This document shows, piece by piece, positions 1-14,093 of a stretch of DNA of 64,000 bases. Origin of the DNA: an uncultured Rhodothermales bacterium (GTDB lineage: Bacteria; Bacteroidota; Rhodothermia; Rhodothermales; Salinibacteraceae); the NCBI GenBank assembly GCA_964448045.1, contig CAYUVF010000005.1, positions 34,841 through 98,840 on the forward strand, given 5' to 3'. A program made the translations under genes and the position numbers. Position 1 is the stretch's first letter. Every line of letters starts with the position of its first letter. The notes under the pieces were generated by a model that was not told the origin of the DNA, ran no database searches, and was given only the letters and a program-made list of their open reading frames with translations.

Positions 1-1
1 C

Positions 2-421
2 CGCACCGAAACCTACGCGGCCGAGCAGGACAGAGCCCCCACAGTGTTTCTCCTTCCCATCGGGCACCCGTCGTGGCGAAGTGCCCGCGCCACCTTTGCG
101 CGCAACTTCTTCGGAGTCGCTGGTTTTGATATCGTCGAAAATCTGCGCTTCGACACGCCCGAGGAAGGTGCCCGGGCCGCTCTGGAGGCCAATGCGGATG
201 TCGTCGTCATCTGCAGCTCGGATGCCGAATACGCCGAGGTCACCCCGCCCGTTTGTTCGACCCTCCACGACGCCGGATCAGACGCGCTCATCGTCGTGGC
301 TGGCTACCCCTCCGATCAGATTGTCGCACTCGAAGAAGCCGGCGTGGACGGCTTCATCCACAAGCGTTCGCCGCTGCTCGATACGCTGGCCGACTACCAG
401 CAGCGCCTGGGCATCGCGTAG
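2..421 (+). CDS. methylmalonyl-CoA mutase small (beta) subunit, C-terminal fragment (5' end lies outside the window)
   Basis: The frame is open from base 2; the listed ORF 44..421 starts at an internal GTG. B12-domain-like Rossmann pattern (DVVVICSSDAEY, LIVVAGYP). Ends 51 nt upstream of the large-subunit gene, the usual small-then-large order. Confidence 0.7.
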   Translation, partial: RTETYAAEQDRAPTVFLLPIGHPSWRSARATFARNFFGVAGFDIVENLRFDTPEEGARAALEANADVVVICSSDAEYAEVTPPVCSTLHDAGSDALIVVAGYPSDQIVALEEAGVDGFIHKRSPLLDTLADYQQRLGIA

Positions 422-472
422 CGCCCTCAGCATGCCGCTCCCGCTTGACTCCTCACCGACGCCGCATCCGCC

Positions 473-2620
<2,148 letters not shown>

Positions 2621-2658
2621 CAACTCTTCGACGTGTTGCCCATCGGGACCTCGCCTGC

Positions 2659-3693
2659 ATGTCCAACCTGAACCCCAACCTCGACCGCCCCCTGAATGCC
2701 ACCCGCCCCCACGAGCGCTCCGTAGAGAACTTCGTTGAAGGCATCTTATCGGGTGACCGGGTGATGCTGAGCCAGGCCATCACCCTGGTTGAAAGCACGC
2801 GCACCGATCATCAGGAGAAGGGGCAGGCAATCATCGACCGATGCTTGCCCCACACCGGGGACTCGATTCGGGTCGCCATAACGGGCGTACCCGGCGTCGG
2901 CAAAAGCACATTCATCGAAGCACTCGGCACCCGGTTGATCGATGACAATCATCGGCTCGCCGTCCTCGCGGTCGACCCCACCAGCGAGCGCACGAAAGGC
3001 AGCATCCTCGGGGATAAGACGCGCATGGGCGCACTGGCTTCAAGCGACCAGGTCTTCATCCGCCCCTCCCCCACAGCCGGATCGCTGGGCGGCGTCGCTC
3101 GCAAAACACGCGAGACGATTTTGCTCTGCGAAGCTGCGGGCTACGACACGATCTTTGTCGAAACTGTCGGCGTCGGCCAATCTGAAACCACCGTCCACTC
3201 GATGGTCGATTTCTTTCTGTTGCTTGCCCTGGCAGGCGCGGGTGATGAACTGCAAGGCATCAAACGCGGCATCGTCGAAATGGCTGATGCCATCGTCATC
3301 AACAAGGCCGACGGCGCGAACAAAGACGCGGCCCGAAAGGCGCAGTCTGAATATCAGAACGCGCTTCACCTCTTTCCCCCAACCGAGTCCGGCTGGTCTC
3401 CCCCTGTGCTCACCTGCTCGGCTTTGACGGGCGACGGGATTAAAGCGGTCTGGGACACGATCCACGCGTACCGGGAGCATGCCGACTCCACGGGCTATCT
3501 GCAGGCGCGCCGCAGACGGCAATCGCGCTACTGGATGCATCAGACGATCGAGCACCGCCTCAAAGAAGACTTCTTCGGCCACCCTGAAGTGCAAGACACC
3601 ATCGACCAGATCGAGGCCGAGGTGCTCGACGGGGCCATTAGTTCATTCGCCGCAGCCGAGCGTCTGATCCGTCTCTACCGCTCCGACGCGTAG
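2659..3693 (+). CDS. meaB: methylmalonyl-CoA mutase-associated GTPase (MeaB/ArgK family)
   Basis: P-loop GVPGVGKST, ETVGVGQSE and NKAD motifs. Starts 38 nt downstream of mutB. Confidence 0.9.
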   Translation: MSNLNPNLDRPLNATRPHERSVENFVEGILSGDRVMLSQAITLVESTRTDHQEKGQAIIDRCLPHTGDSIRVAITGVPGVGKSTFIEALGTRLIDDNHRLAVLAVDPTSERTKGSILGDKTRMGALASSDQVFIRPSPTAGSLGGVARKTRETILLCEAAGYDTIFVETVGVGQSETTVHSMVDFFLLLALAGAGDELQGIKRGIVEMADAIVINKADGANKDAARKAQSEYQNALHLFPPTESGWSPPVLTCSALTGDGIKAVWDTIHAYREHADSTGYLQARRRRQSRYWMHQTIEHRLKEDFFGHPEVQDTIDQIEAEVLDGAISSFAAAERLIRLYRSDA

Positions 3694-3734
3694 AAGGATC
3701 TGATCGGGCACGTTATCCGCTCAAGAAAGACACC

Positions 3735-3774
3735 CAATAAAAACGCCCCTGCCCGCCACAGGCCGACAGGGGCG
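3735..3774 (-). terminator. intrinsic terminator-like hairpin (second of two downstream of tRNA-Lys)
   Basis: 8-bp GC stem cgcccctg (3744-3751) / caggggcg (3767-3774). The A-run 3737-3743 on the + strand gives a U-tract after the hairpin on the minus strand. There is no U-tract on the + strand side. Confidence 0.55.
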
Positions 3775-3878
3775 CATCCACACACGCATGCAGGGAGAAC
3801 AACATGGAGGAATGCTCTCTGCTACATGCATGATATATATTTATCCTTGCAATAACGGTTCCAGCCAGCGTTTTGAAA

Positions 3879-3917
3879 CCAATAAAAACGCCCTCTCTGA
3901 AAAACAGAAAGGGCGTT
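3879..3917 (-). terminator. intrinsic terminator downstream of tRNA-Lys
   Basis: 13-bp stem 3887-3899 / 3905-3917 with one mismatch and a 5-nt loop. The minus strand reads AACGCCCTTTCTG-TTTTT-CAGAGAGGGCGTT followed by TTTATTGG. Confidence 0.7.
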
Positions 3918-3939
3918 CTGCAAATCATCCAGCCTGGCG

Positions 3940-4015
3940 TGGTAGGCCCGGAGGGATTCGAACCCCCGACCCGCGGATTAAGAGTCCGCTGCTCTGCCAG
4001 CTGAGCTACGGGCCT
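3940..4015 (-). tRNA. tRNA-Lys (anticodon CTT)
   Basis: The reverse complement folds as a 76-nt cloverleaf: AGGCCCG TA GCTC AGCTGGCA GAGC A GCGGA CTCTTAA TCCGC GGGTC GGGGG TTCGAAT CCCTC CGGGCCT A CCA. CCA is encoded. Confidence 0.9.
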
Positions 4016-4259
4016 GTTGACATGGCAAAGTAGTCCTGGCGTAGCACCATGACTACCTGCACCGGTGGAAGTCATAACAAACACTCACGGAAAAGTTCTG
4101 AATGGTCTGTGATGGTTTAGCAAAAGCAGGTCGAGATCAGGCCCTCATCTGATCAACGCATCGCACATTTAACTCGCGGCGTAACAACAGTGCACCTTCA
4201 GGGACGTAGCATTTTCCTCAATCGTACCGGATCTTCAGCCCCGACGCCAACGACTTCCC

Positions 4260-5213
4260 ATGTCACTCAACCGCTCTGCCACCATGTCGGCACTCCCGCA
4301 GCCCCTCGTTCTTCTGCTCTCCAGCCTGCTGATCGCCTGGGGCATCGGGTGTGCGCAGCCGGAGGATGCCCCCTCCGAGCGCGACTCGCCATCCGTCGTA
4401 CCCGAAGCACAAGTTGAGCGAAAGGTAGCCGAGGCTCGTAACCGGCTGACGCAGCGTGAGGGCGGCCGGCTGGTGCTACGCGCGATCGAAGCGCACGGGG
4501 GACTCGCCGCCTGGTACCGTGCACCGACGAGTTCGTACACGTGGGAATATGCCAACGTCGGGGCCGACCTGCACTTCAAATCGTTTCTCGTGGCCGATAA
4601 CCAGACGCGCCGCGTCTACCATGACCTGATGAGCGTCGGGCCTTATGGCGATCCGCGGCCGGTCGATGCACACTTTGCGTGGGATGGCACTATCGCCTGG
4701 ATGGCCCCCGATACCATCGAGCGCCCCAATCCGCACTTCTGGGCTACCACGGGTTACTACTTCGAGCAGATCCCCTTCCTTCTGGCCGATCCGGGCCTGA
4801 CGTATGAGCGCCTTCCCGACGAGACTCTCGGCGACACCACGTACGAGCTTGTCCGCGTCGGATATCAGGAGGGCGTGGGTTACTCCGATGACGACACCTA
4901 CACCCTGTACGTCCATCCGGAAACCGGTCGCGTCGATGCCATCCGATACACGGTGACGTACGGCCAAGACGTGCCCTCCGACGCCGATCTGCCGGAAACG
5001 CTGTTTACATACGAGGACTACGTGACCGTTCACGGCCTCACCGTACCCACGCACTTTAAGGGGTACGGTTACGGGGATGGCGAGCGGGGCGACTTCAAGA
5101 ACGAAGCCTGGGCCGACAGCATCTCTTTCCGCCGCCCCTTCGACGCCTCGAAGCTGACCCCGCCCGAAAACGCCCGGATCGTCGAGCCCCCGCCGGTCGG
5201 CAACGGGGAATGA
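4260..5213 (+). CDS. hypothetical exported protein, probable lipoprotein
   Basis: ATG start, hydrophobic leader ending ...LLIAWGIGC, acidic mature part. I do not recognise a family with confidence. Confidence 0.55.
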   Translation: MSLNRSATMSALPQPLVLLLSSLLIAWGIGCAQPEDAPSERDSPSVVPEAQVERKVAEARNRLTQREGGRLVLRAIEAHGGLAAWYRAPTSSYTWEYANVGADLHFKSFLVADNQTRRVYHDLMSVGPYGDPRPVDAHFAWDGTIAWMAPDTIERPNPHFWATTGYYFEQIPFLLADPGLTYERLPDETLGDTTYELVRVGYQEGVGYSDDDTYTLYVHPETGRVDAIRYTVTYGQDVPSDADLPETLFTYEDYVTVHGLTVPTHFKGYGYGDGERGDFKNEAWADSISFRRPFDASKLTPPENARIVEPPPVGNGE

Positions 5214-5343
5214 TCGGAGGTCTCCCCTGATTGCCTTGAAACGCCGGTCTTCGTGGGCTCTTTGCGGCACGGGCGAATCAAGCTGAGGGCGCGTGCTTAG
5301 CACAGGTTGTACCCACCCTCCTGCCCGTCTTCGCCCCCACGAT

Positions 5344-6222
5344 ATGGATACCACCGAGTCTCCGATCAGCATCCAATCGGGGCTGGCATACATGGTCGGG
5401 GCAGCGTTCTTCTTCAGCTTGATGAGCCTCTTCGTCAAGCTCGTGGGCCAGCGGCTGCCCAGCCAAGAGATCGTGCTGGTGCGCAGCGTCGTAACCCTGC
5501 TCTACAGCTACCTGGCCGTCCGATGGGCGGGCGTGCATCTCTGGGGATCCAACAAGAAACTGCTGTGGCTGCGCGGGCTGCTTGGCTTTTGCGCGCTGAG
5601 CTGCTTCTTCTTTGCACTGACAAAGCTGCCCCTCGCCGACGCCACCGTCATCCATTACACGAATCCGGTCTTCACCGCGCTGATTGCCGCTGTCGCCCTG
5701 AAAGAATCAATCTCTGGTGGCGAGATCATCGGTGCGCTGCTGAGCCTGGTCGGCGTTGCGCTGATGGCTCGGCCTTCCTTCCTCTTCGGCACGGGGCCCG
5801 GATCGCTTCCCCTCCTCTACGTGGGCGTAGCGCTCGGCGGCGCGCTCTTCTCCGCCGCGGCGTACACGACGGTGCGCAAGCTCCGCGAGACCGAGCATCC
5901 GCTGGTGGTCGTCTTCTATTTCCCGCTGGTTGCCACCCTTGGCTCCGGCCCAACGGCAGCTCTGACGGAGGTGCATTGGCCCCTGTGGTGGGAGTGGATC
6001 GTGATGATCCTGGGCGTAGCCGGATGCGCCCAAATCGCGCAAATCCTGCTGACGAACGGGCTCCACAGAGAGCGTGCGGGCCGCGCGATGGCCATGACCT
6101 ATCTGCAGATCGTCTTCGCCGCAATCTGGGGGATGCTCTTCTTTCAGGAGTTCCCGGATCTGCTCAGCATCATCGGCGCGCTGCTCGTAATCAGCGGGAC
6201 GCTCGTGGTGGCACGGCGCTGA
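5344..6222 (+). CDS. EamA/DMT-superfamily transporter
   Basis: About 10 predicted TM helices in a two-EamA-domain layout. ATG at 5344 preferred over the GTG at 5293 given by the ORF track. Confidence 0.8.
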   Translation: MDTTESPISIQSGLAYMVGAAFFFSLMSLFVKLVGQRLPSQEIVLVRSVVTLLYSYLAVRWAGVHLWGSNKKLLWLRGLLGFCALSCFFFALTKLPLADATVIHYTNPVFTALIAAVALKESISGGEIIGALLSLVGVALMARPSFLFGTGPGSLPLLYVGVALGGALFSAAAYTTVRKLRETEHPLVVVFYFPLVATLGSGPTAALTEVHWPLWWEWIVMILGVAGCAQIAQILLTNGLHRERAGRAMAMTYLQIVFAAIWGMLFFQEFPDLLSIIGALLVISGTLVVARR

Positions 6223-6250
6223 TCCATGGCCTTGCTTCCATGGCCTTGCT
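6223..6250. repeat. perfect tandem duplication, 14 bp x2 (tccatggccttgct)
   Basis: 6223-6236 is identical to 6237-6250. It fills the spacer between two convergent stop codons and overlaps the stop of the DUF4126 gene. Confidence 0.9.
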
Positions 6251-6818
6251 ACCGGTGAGATGTTCGGCGGCGACGCTTGAATAGCCGGCGTACGGCCAGC
6301 ACAATGACCATGATGACGGCAGCCAGCGCAACGAACGGCGCCACGATGGCCAACAGCGTCGTGACGACCGATGCGATGGCTTCGCCCGTCGACACGAGGA
6401 AATTGCCCAGCCCACCCGTGCCGGCCGACGACGCCCCGCGCGTCACCACCGTTCCGCCCTGCACGAGGCCAGCCGATCCACCGCCCGCGATGACCGCCAA
6501 CGTCCACTGCGCGAACGGCGGCAGGTCCCCGAGGACCGATGCGCTCGCCAGTACCCCCGCGCCCACGGCAGCCGGACTCGCGATCGCGTCCAACGCGTTA
6601 TCGAGCCACGGGACGTAATACGCCAACACTTCCACGCCCGTTGCCGTCCCGAAGCCAATCAGCGCGGGCATCGTACCCATCCACGCGAACTGCTCCGCCA
6701 GCTCCAGATAGCCGAGCATCGATGCGCCGCTCATCATTAAAAGCGGGACGAACACCCGGAAGCCGCAGGCCGCGCTCAGGCCCACGCCGACGGCAATGCT
6801 GATTAGCGGCAGATCCAT
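6249..6818 (-). CDS. DUF4126-type integral membrane protein
   Basis: Gly/Ala-rich multi-TM protein with an Arg-rich tail. Starts 12 nt downstream of parE on the same strand. Confidence 0.7.
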   Translation of the reverse strand: MDLPLISIAVGVGLSAACGFRVFVPLLMMSGASMLGYLELAEQFAWMGTMPALIGFGTATGVEVLAYYVPWLDNALDAIASPAAVGAGVLASASVLGDLPPFAQWTLAVIAGGGSAGLVQGGTVVTRGASSAGTGGLGNFLVSTGEAIASVVTTLLAIVAPFVALAAVIMVIVLAVRRLFKRRRRTSHR

Positions 6819-6830
6819 CAGGCTTGGGGG

Positions 6831-8789
<1,959 letters not shown>

Positions 8790-9683
8790 CTACTCAGTGA
8801 GAGATACGGAGGAGCGGCGCACCACGGAGCGCAGGAGCCGCTCGAAATCAGCTTGCGTGACTCCGGCGCCGCGCGGCCGGATGCGATAGAGCCGGTGCCC
8901 GGCACAGCTCAGAATCCGATCTTTGCGGCAGTCGTTGGCCCGGCGCTCGGGGGCGTCGTGGTGCGCGCTGTCCAGTTCGAAGAAATACAGGGGCCGGTAC
9001 TGCTCGTGCTGATCGAAGATTACGCAGTCGACGATGCCTTTGAAGAAAAACGTACGCTCATCGGCGGATAGCTGGTCGCGAATTGCCTCGTAATCGATCA
9101 AGCTGCTGAGAGCGACGTTCGGGTAGGGCGTGTACATCGGAAAGGCCGCCCGCGCCGCCCGAAAAAACGCCTCTTCCTGGGCCGACTTGAACAGACTGAC
9201 CCTGTGATCGACCTCTGATGCCGGATCGTTGACCGTCAAGCGAATCCGCTCTGGCTGATCGTGCTCGAGTTGGCGCCGCACGACCCGATCCATCTCGTCC
9301 TCATCCCCCGCTCGGCCGCCTTTCAGAACCGCTTCGCACGCCGCCAGGTCCGGCGCAAATCGGGCGACCTGCTGGGCAGCCTGTGCCTCATTGCGCGACC
9401 GATGCCACTCCACGAGTCGCTGCACCACCCGCTCGAAGCGCGCCTCCGGCAACCGGTGAAAGCCGCCGCTATGCAGGAGCAGCCACTTTTCCAGCGCGTT
9501 GGCCGTGGACGTCTCGTCGACCGATCCGTTCAGCGCCGTGAAGAAAGCATCTTCCAGCGTGGCGACGGCCTGCCGCGCGACAGCATCCCGCATCACTGCC
9601 TCCGGATGCTGATGCACCAGCGCCAGCCCCTCGGCCCAGTCGCCGTCCTGGGCATACCGATAAATGCGTTCGGGATCCAGCAT
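8790..9683 (-). CDS. DUF2726 (restriction-endonuclease-like fold) domain protein
   Basis: The C-terminal half reads VDCVIFDQHEQYRPLYFFELDSAHHD...RRANDCRKDRILSCAGHRLYRI, the pattern I associate with DUF2726. The N-terminal ~160 aa are helical and unassigned. Confidence 0.55.
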   Translation of the reverse strand: MLDPERIYRYAQDGDWAEGLALVHQHPEAVMRDAVARQAVATLEDAFFTALNGSVDETSTANALEKWLLLHSGGFHRLPEARFERVVQRLVEWHRSRNEAQAAQQVARFAPDLAACEAVLKGGRAGDEDEMDRVVRRQLEHDQPERIRLTVNDPASEVDHRVSLFKSAQEEAFFRAARAAFPMYTPYPNVALSSLIDYEAIRDQLSADERTFFFKGIVDCVIFDQHEQYRPLYFFELDSAHHDAPERRANDCRKDRILSCAGHRLYRIRPRGAGVTQADFERLLRSVVRRSSVSLTE

Positions 9684-9694
9684 GAAGTGTCAAT

Positions 9695-12025
9695 CTACTC
9701 GTCCAATCTCACTTCAATCGGCTCGGGGAAGACCTCGGCGAGGTGGCCGCGCCGGATGATCAGCTCGCCCTTGTTGCCGCGGTTCGTCACGTCGAACTTG
9801 GTGGTGCGGACGATTTCATCGCGGCCGCGGTTCGTCTGCACATGCAGGCCCTCACGCGCAGCGTCAGAGATCGTGAAGCCGAGCACCTCATCGTCATCCT
9901 CCAGGCGGATGGCCCGAACACCCTTCGCAGCCCCCTTGTAGACGGAAATCTGGTAGACGGGGAAGATCAGCGCGCGGCCGACACGGGACGCGAGACATAC
10001 GTTCTCGTATCCGGCAGCGATGAACGCGCCGGTGACCTCATCGCCGTCGTCCAAGCGCATGTATTTGCGCCCGGTGACGGTGGAGGGCTCGGTGTAGCCC
10101 TCGACGGTGAACCGTACGGCCTGCCCCTGCCGCGTGATCGCTACGACGTACGGTTCGCCATCATAGTCGGATTCGCCATTGGCCGAGAACAGCTCGGCCT
10201 GCTCCTCGGCGTCGGGTGGGACGGGATTGGGCATGACACGGTCGTCGAACACGACCACGCCCACGACCTGCTCTTTGTCGTCAAACGAGAAATACTTCTG
10301 GATCGGCTCGCCGTAGCCGGTCGTGCTCGGCAAGTCGACGACGCGGGTGGTGTAGCAGCTGCCAAAGTTGGTGAAGAATGCGGCGGTGGCGCGGGTGGAG
10401 CCGCCCACGACCCAGCCGACCTCGTCGCCATCCCGCACGCGGATGCTGTCGACATCGGTGTACGACCCCTGGCGCTTGACCCATCCGTCGCGGGTGACGA
10501 TCACGTACACGTCTTCGTCGAGGATGTAATCCTCTTCCGTGTACTCGATCTGCGCATCGGGGCCAGCGATCTCGGAACGGCGTGCATCCGCAAAATCGTT
10601 CTTGACGGCACGGAGCTCATCGCGAACGATCGTCCACCGCGCCGATTCATCATCGAGCAGAGCACGGATTTCGGTCGCCCGCTTCTCCTTTGCCTCCAGC
10701 TCCTCGCGGATGGCCTCAATCTCCATCTGCGAGAGGCGGTACAGCTTCGTTTCGAGGATGGCGTCGGCCTGTGTATCGTCGAGACTGAAACGATGCATCA
10801 GCCGCTGAGCGGCGTCCTGCTTGTTCTTCGACGAGCGGATAATTTTGATCGCCTCGTCGAGCGCATCGAAGATCGTGGCGAATCCTTTGAGGATGTGGAT
10901 CCGCTTCTCCAGTCGCTCCAGTTCGTGTTCGAGCCGGCGGACGACGACCTCCATCCGAAAATCGAGGAAGTGCCGCAGGATGGTGTACAGATCGACCTGC
11001 CGCGGCGCGCCCACATCAGCCTTTTCGGTGGGGACCAGGCACGTCAGGTTGACGTGGAAGCGCGTTTGGAGTGGAGTGTGCTTGAACAGATACGCCATCG
11101 CCGCCTCGGCATCCGAGCCGCGCTTGAGCTCCAGCACAATCCGTACATCATCGGTCGATTCGTCGCGCACGTTCGAGAGCTGCGGGACCTCTTCATCGGC
11201 AATGTGGTCGCCGATCTTTTCAACCAGCTTGCTCTTGTCGACGCCGTATGGGATGGACGTGATGATCGCGCGGGTCTTGCCCTGCATCTCGTACTCGCCG
11301 CGCAGTTCGATCGTCCCCTTTCCGGATTCGTAGATGTCGAGGATCTCCTCCTCGGTGTTGAGGATGCGCCCGCCCGTCGGAAAATCGGGGCCCTTGATGT
11401 GGTTCTGGACGAGCGTCGAAATCCGCGCGTTGGGCGATTCGATCATGTAGATGCACGCGTCGATCACCTCACCGAGGTTGTGCGGCGGGATGTTCGTCGC
11501 CATCCCGACGGCGATGCCGCTCGCGCCGTTGACGAGCAGATTGGGCACCTTCGATGGCAGCACGATGGGCTCGTCGAGCGTGCCGTCGAAATTCGGCCGG
11601 TAGTCGACGGTCTGCTGCCGCAGCTCCTCCAGCATCTGCATGGCGAGGGGCTGCAACTTGGCCTCGGTGTAGCGCATGGCTGCTGGGCTATCGCCATCGA
11701 GCGAGCCAAAGTTACCGTGGCCGTCGACGAGCGGCATCCGCAGCGAGAAGTCCTGTGCCATCCGCACCATCGCATCGTAAATCGCCGAGTCGCCGTGCGG
11801 ATGGTACTTCCCCATCGTATCACCCACGATCGTCGCGCTCTTGCGGTGGCGCCGATCCGGATAAAGCCGCAGGCTATCGAACATAGCATACAGGATCCGG
11901 CGCTGGACGGGTTTTAGCCCGTCGCGGATGTCCGGCAGAGCGCGGCTTGTAATAACGGATAATGCGTAGTTGAGATACCGCTCACGCGTCGTCTCGTGCA
12001 GCGGGATCGTTTTTGTTACCGGCAT
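9695..12025 (-). CDS. parC: type IIA topoisomerase subunit A, probably topoisomerase IV ParC
   Basis: [21 protein letters not shown] and active-site region AMRYTEAKL. 776 aa, shorter than a typical GyrA. Confidence 0.8.
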   Translation of the reverse strand: MPVTKTIPLHETTRERYLNYALSVITSRALPDIRDGLKPVQRRILYAMFDSLRLYPDRRHRKSATIVGDTMGKYHPHGDSAIYDAMVRMAQDFSLRMPLVDGHGNFGSLDGDSPAAMRYTEAKLQPLAMQMLEELRQQTVDYRPNFDGTLDEPIVLPSKVPNLLVNGASGIAVGMATNIPPHNLGEVIDACIYMIESPNARISTLVQNHIKGPDFPTGGRILNTEEEILDIYESGKGTIELRGEYEMQGKTRAIITSIPYGVDKSKLVEKIGDHIADEEVPQLSNVRDESTDDVRIVLELKRGSDAEAAMAYLFKHTPLQTRFHVNLTCLVPTEKADVGAPRQVDLYTILRHFLDFRMEVVVRRLEHELERLEKRIHILKGFATIFDALDEAIKIIRSSKNKQDAAQRLMHRFSLDDTQADAILETKLYRLSQMEIEAIREELEAKEKRATEIRALLDDESARWTIVRDELRAVKNDFADARRSEIAGPDAQIEYTEEDYILDEDVYVIVTRDGWVKRQGSYTDVDSIRVRDGDEVGWVVGGSTRATAAFFTNFGSCYTTRVVDLPSTTGYGEPIQKYFSFDDKEQVVGVVVFDDRVMPNPVPPDAEEQAELFSANGESDYDGEPYVVAITRQGQAVRFTVEGYTEPSTVTGRKYMRLDDGDEVTGAFIAAGYENVCLASRVGRALIFPVYQISVYKGAAKGVRAIRLEDDDEVLGFTISDAAREGLHVQTNRGRDEIVRTTKFDVTNRGNKGELIIRRGHLAEVFPEPIEVRLDE

Positions 12026-12198
12026 CTTTTCTTTTCAATAACGGATTTCTTTGCGGTCAAAACAATGATAATATACAGGTCCGCCACCGTAGTGTCAGGG
12101 GATCGGCAGATGGCGATGTGAGAATTTCAAATGACCCGAGACTTGCACCGGCGATCAAACCCGAGGTTCATTCGCTGCGCAAAGTGCCATCCGCCCCC

Positions 12199-12837
12199 TC
12201 AGTACGCCAGCGTGAAGTAGTCCTCTTTACGATCGGCATGGGCGCGCAGGACGTTCGCCTCGGCCATGCTGAACAGCGTCTGCGACGCGCGATACAGCGG
12301 GATGTTGGCCAGCTGCGCGTACTGCTCTACCGTGATGCGACCGTAGTCCTTAAGATAGCGCATCAAGAGCGATTCCTTCTCTCCAAACCGCAACGTCGCC
12401 TGCGGCTGCCGATCTTCCTCGCGCATGATTTGCACCGATTCCGGACTCGCCTCTACGCTCCGCTCATTCACACGAACGTACGGCGTGAGATCGCCTTCCT
12501 TGGACTCCAGAAAGTGCGGCTTTTCACGGCTTTCGGGCACCTCCACCAGAAGGACATCCCGATCAGCCGGCGTCAGGATCCGTTCCGCCGAGAAGTCTAC
12601 TGGGGGCCGGCAGAAGGTGGTATTGGCTTTGCGGAGAACGAACAGCTCCTCGGCGGCGTCATCGACGCCTACAATGGTGCCCGCATCGTTAACGCCCAGC
12701 AGCACCCGTCCGCCATGGGTGTTAGCCAGCGCAATGAGCTCCTTGGCGATGCGGGCCGGACGCGGCACCTTATGCTTGAACTCAAGACTCACGCCCTCGC
12801 CGAGCGCGACGAGCTGTTGCAATTCCTGAAATGTCAT
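12199..12837 (-). CDS. AlbA_2 (Schlafen-like) domain DNA-binding protein
   Basis: EGVSLEFKHKVPRP...IAKELIALANTHGGRVLLGVNDAGTIVGVDD. ATG at 12837 preferred; the ORF-track GTG at 12912 would overlap the gpsA stop by 4 nt. Confidence 0.6.
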   Translation of the reverse strand: MTFQELQQLVALGEGVSLEFKHKVPRPARIAKELIALANTHGGRVLLGVNDAGTIVGVDDAAEELFVLRKANTTFCRPPVDFSAERILTPADRDVLLVEVPESREKPHFLESKEGDLTPYVRVNERSVEASPESVQIMREEDRQPQATLRFGEKESLLMRYLKDYGRITVEQYAQLANIPLYRASQTLFSMAEANVLRAHADRKEDYFTLAY

Positions 12838-12908
12838 CGTAGGATCTGGCGGTGAGGGGGTGTCGCGGGCATGACGGGGCGCACGAGTCGCCCAAGACAG
12901 CGCAAGCC

Positions 12909-13943
12909 TCACACCTCATCCTCGAGAACATCGGGTAGCCAGTGCTCCCGCTTGGCCTCACGAGTCATCAGGTCGTGGACGGCCTCCTCTGGATCTTTTC
13001 CTTCGAAAAGGATCGCATACACCGCTTCGGTGATCGGCATCTCGACCTGCAACTGCTGGGCCAGATCGTGTACCGACTCGGTGGTACGGACCCCCTCGGC
13101 AATCATGTTCATGCTCGATTCGACTTCTTCCAACGACCGGCCCCGGCCCATCTGTTCGCCGAAGTGCCGATTGCGGCTGTGCTCGCTCATGCACGTCACC
13201 ACGAGATCGCCGATGCCCGCCAATCCGGAAAACGTGGAGGGATCGGCACCGAGCGCGATGCCGAGACGCCGGATTTCGGCAATGCCGCGGGTGACGATGG
13301 CAGCCTTGCTGTTGTCGCCGTAGCCGAGCCCGTCGCCCATACCCGCCGCGAGCGCCAGCACGTTCTTGACGGCACCGCCCACTTCGACGCCAATGACGTC
13401 GGTGTTAACGTACACCCGCAGCCGATCCGTCATGAAGATGGCCTGGATCGCCTCGGCAGACGCCTCGGTGGGCGCAGCAGCCACGACCGTCGTCGGGCGT
13501 CCTTCCGCGACCTCTTCGGCGTGGCTCGGGCCGTGTAGCACCCCGATCCGATCGTACGGGACCGCCGGGAGCACCTCGTCGAGCACCTGCGTAGGCACCT
13601 TCAACGTGTGATTCTCGATCCCCTTTGCCAGCGATACCACGAGCAGGTCCGGGTGGGCGAACGGAGCGAGCTTCTGCGCCACCGAACGGACGGACTGCGA
13701 GGGAATCGCGATCGCCCATACGTCCGCCGACTGGGCGGCTTCTTCGAGATCGGAAGTGATCCGAACGGTGTCCGGGATCGTGACTTCGGGAAGATAGGTG
13801 GGATTGTGCCGGGTCGCGCGCATGCGCTCGGCGGCCTCGGGGCGGCGCGCCCAGAGGGTGACCTCATGTCCGGCTTCGGCCAAGAGGACAGCCAGGGCCG
13901 TGCCCCAGCTTCCGGCCCCGAACATGGCAACGTGTTGAGCCAT
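12909..13943 (-). CDS. gpsA: NAD(P)H-dependent glycerol-3-phosphate dehydrogenase
   Basis: N-terminal FGAGSWGTALA dinucleotide fold with family-wide similarity along the whole length. ATG at 13943 preferred to the TTG at 13952. Confidence 0.9.
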   Translation of the reverse strand: MAQHVAMFGAGSWGTALAVLLAEAGHEVTLWARRPEAAERMRATRHNPTYLPEVTIPDTVRITSDLEEAAQSADVWAIAIPSQSVRSVAQKLAPFAHPDLLVVSLAKGIENHTLKVPTQVLDEVLPAVPYDRIGVLHGPSHAEEVAEGRPTTVVAAAPTEASAEAIQAIFMTDRLRVYVNTDVIGVEVGGAVKNVLALAAGMGDGLGYGDNSKAAIVTRGIAEIRRLGIALGADPSTFSGLAGIGDLVVTCMSEHSRNRHFGEQMGRGRSLEEVESSMNMIAEGVRTTESVHDLAQQLQVEMPITEAVYAILFEGKDPEEAVHDLMTREAKREHWLPDVLEDEV

Positions 13944-14093
13944 CTTGAGCAATAGCAGTTAATGATAGCGGGAGGTCCCGCAGAAGAACATACACGGATC
14001 TCTGCGTCCCGCGTCTTATCTCGACGAAAGAGCGGCTCTTCTACTTCGGGGCGCTCCGCCTGAGTCAGCCGGTCGGACAAACGCAGGGGGCCG

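Noticed and set aside
4026-4032. Bacteroidota-type -7 promoter element upstream of the tRNA (TACTTTG on the minus strand, 10 nt before the mature 5' end)
   Set aside because: It is one base short of the TAnnTTTG consensus, and I could not find a convincing -33 element. The evidence is too weak to annotate.
3713-4084. ORFs 3713..4084 (-) and 3788..4033 (+) in the meaB/tRNA spacer
   Set aside because: Both run through the tRNA-Lys gene and its terminators, and their translations are implausible.
3694-4259. tRNA-Lys as an integration site for a genomic island
   Set aside because: No integrase or excisionase is nearby, I could find no direct repeat of the tRNA 3' end nearby, and the flanking genes are ordinary (meaB, an exported protein, an EamA transporter).
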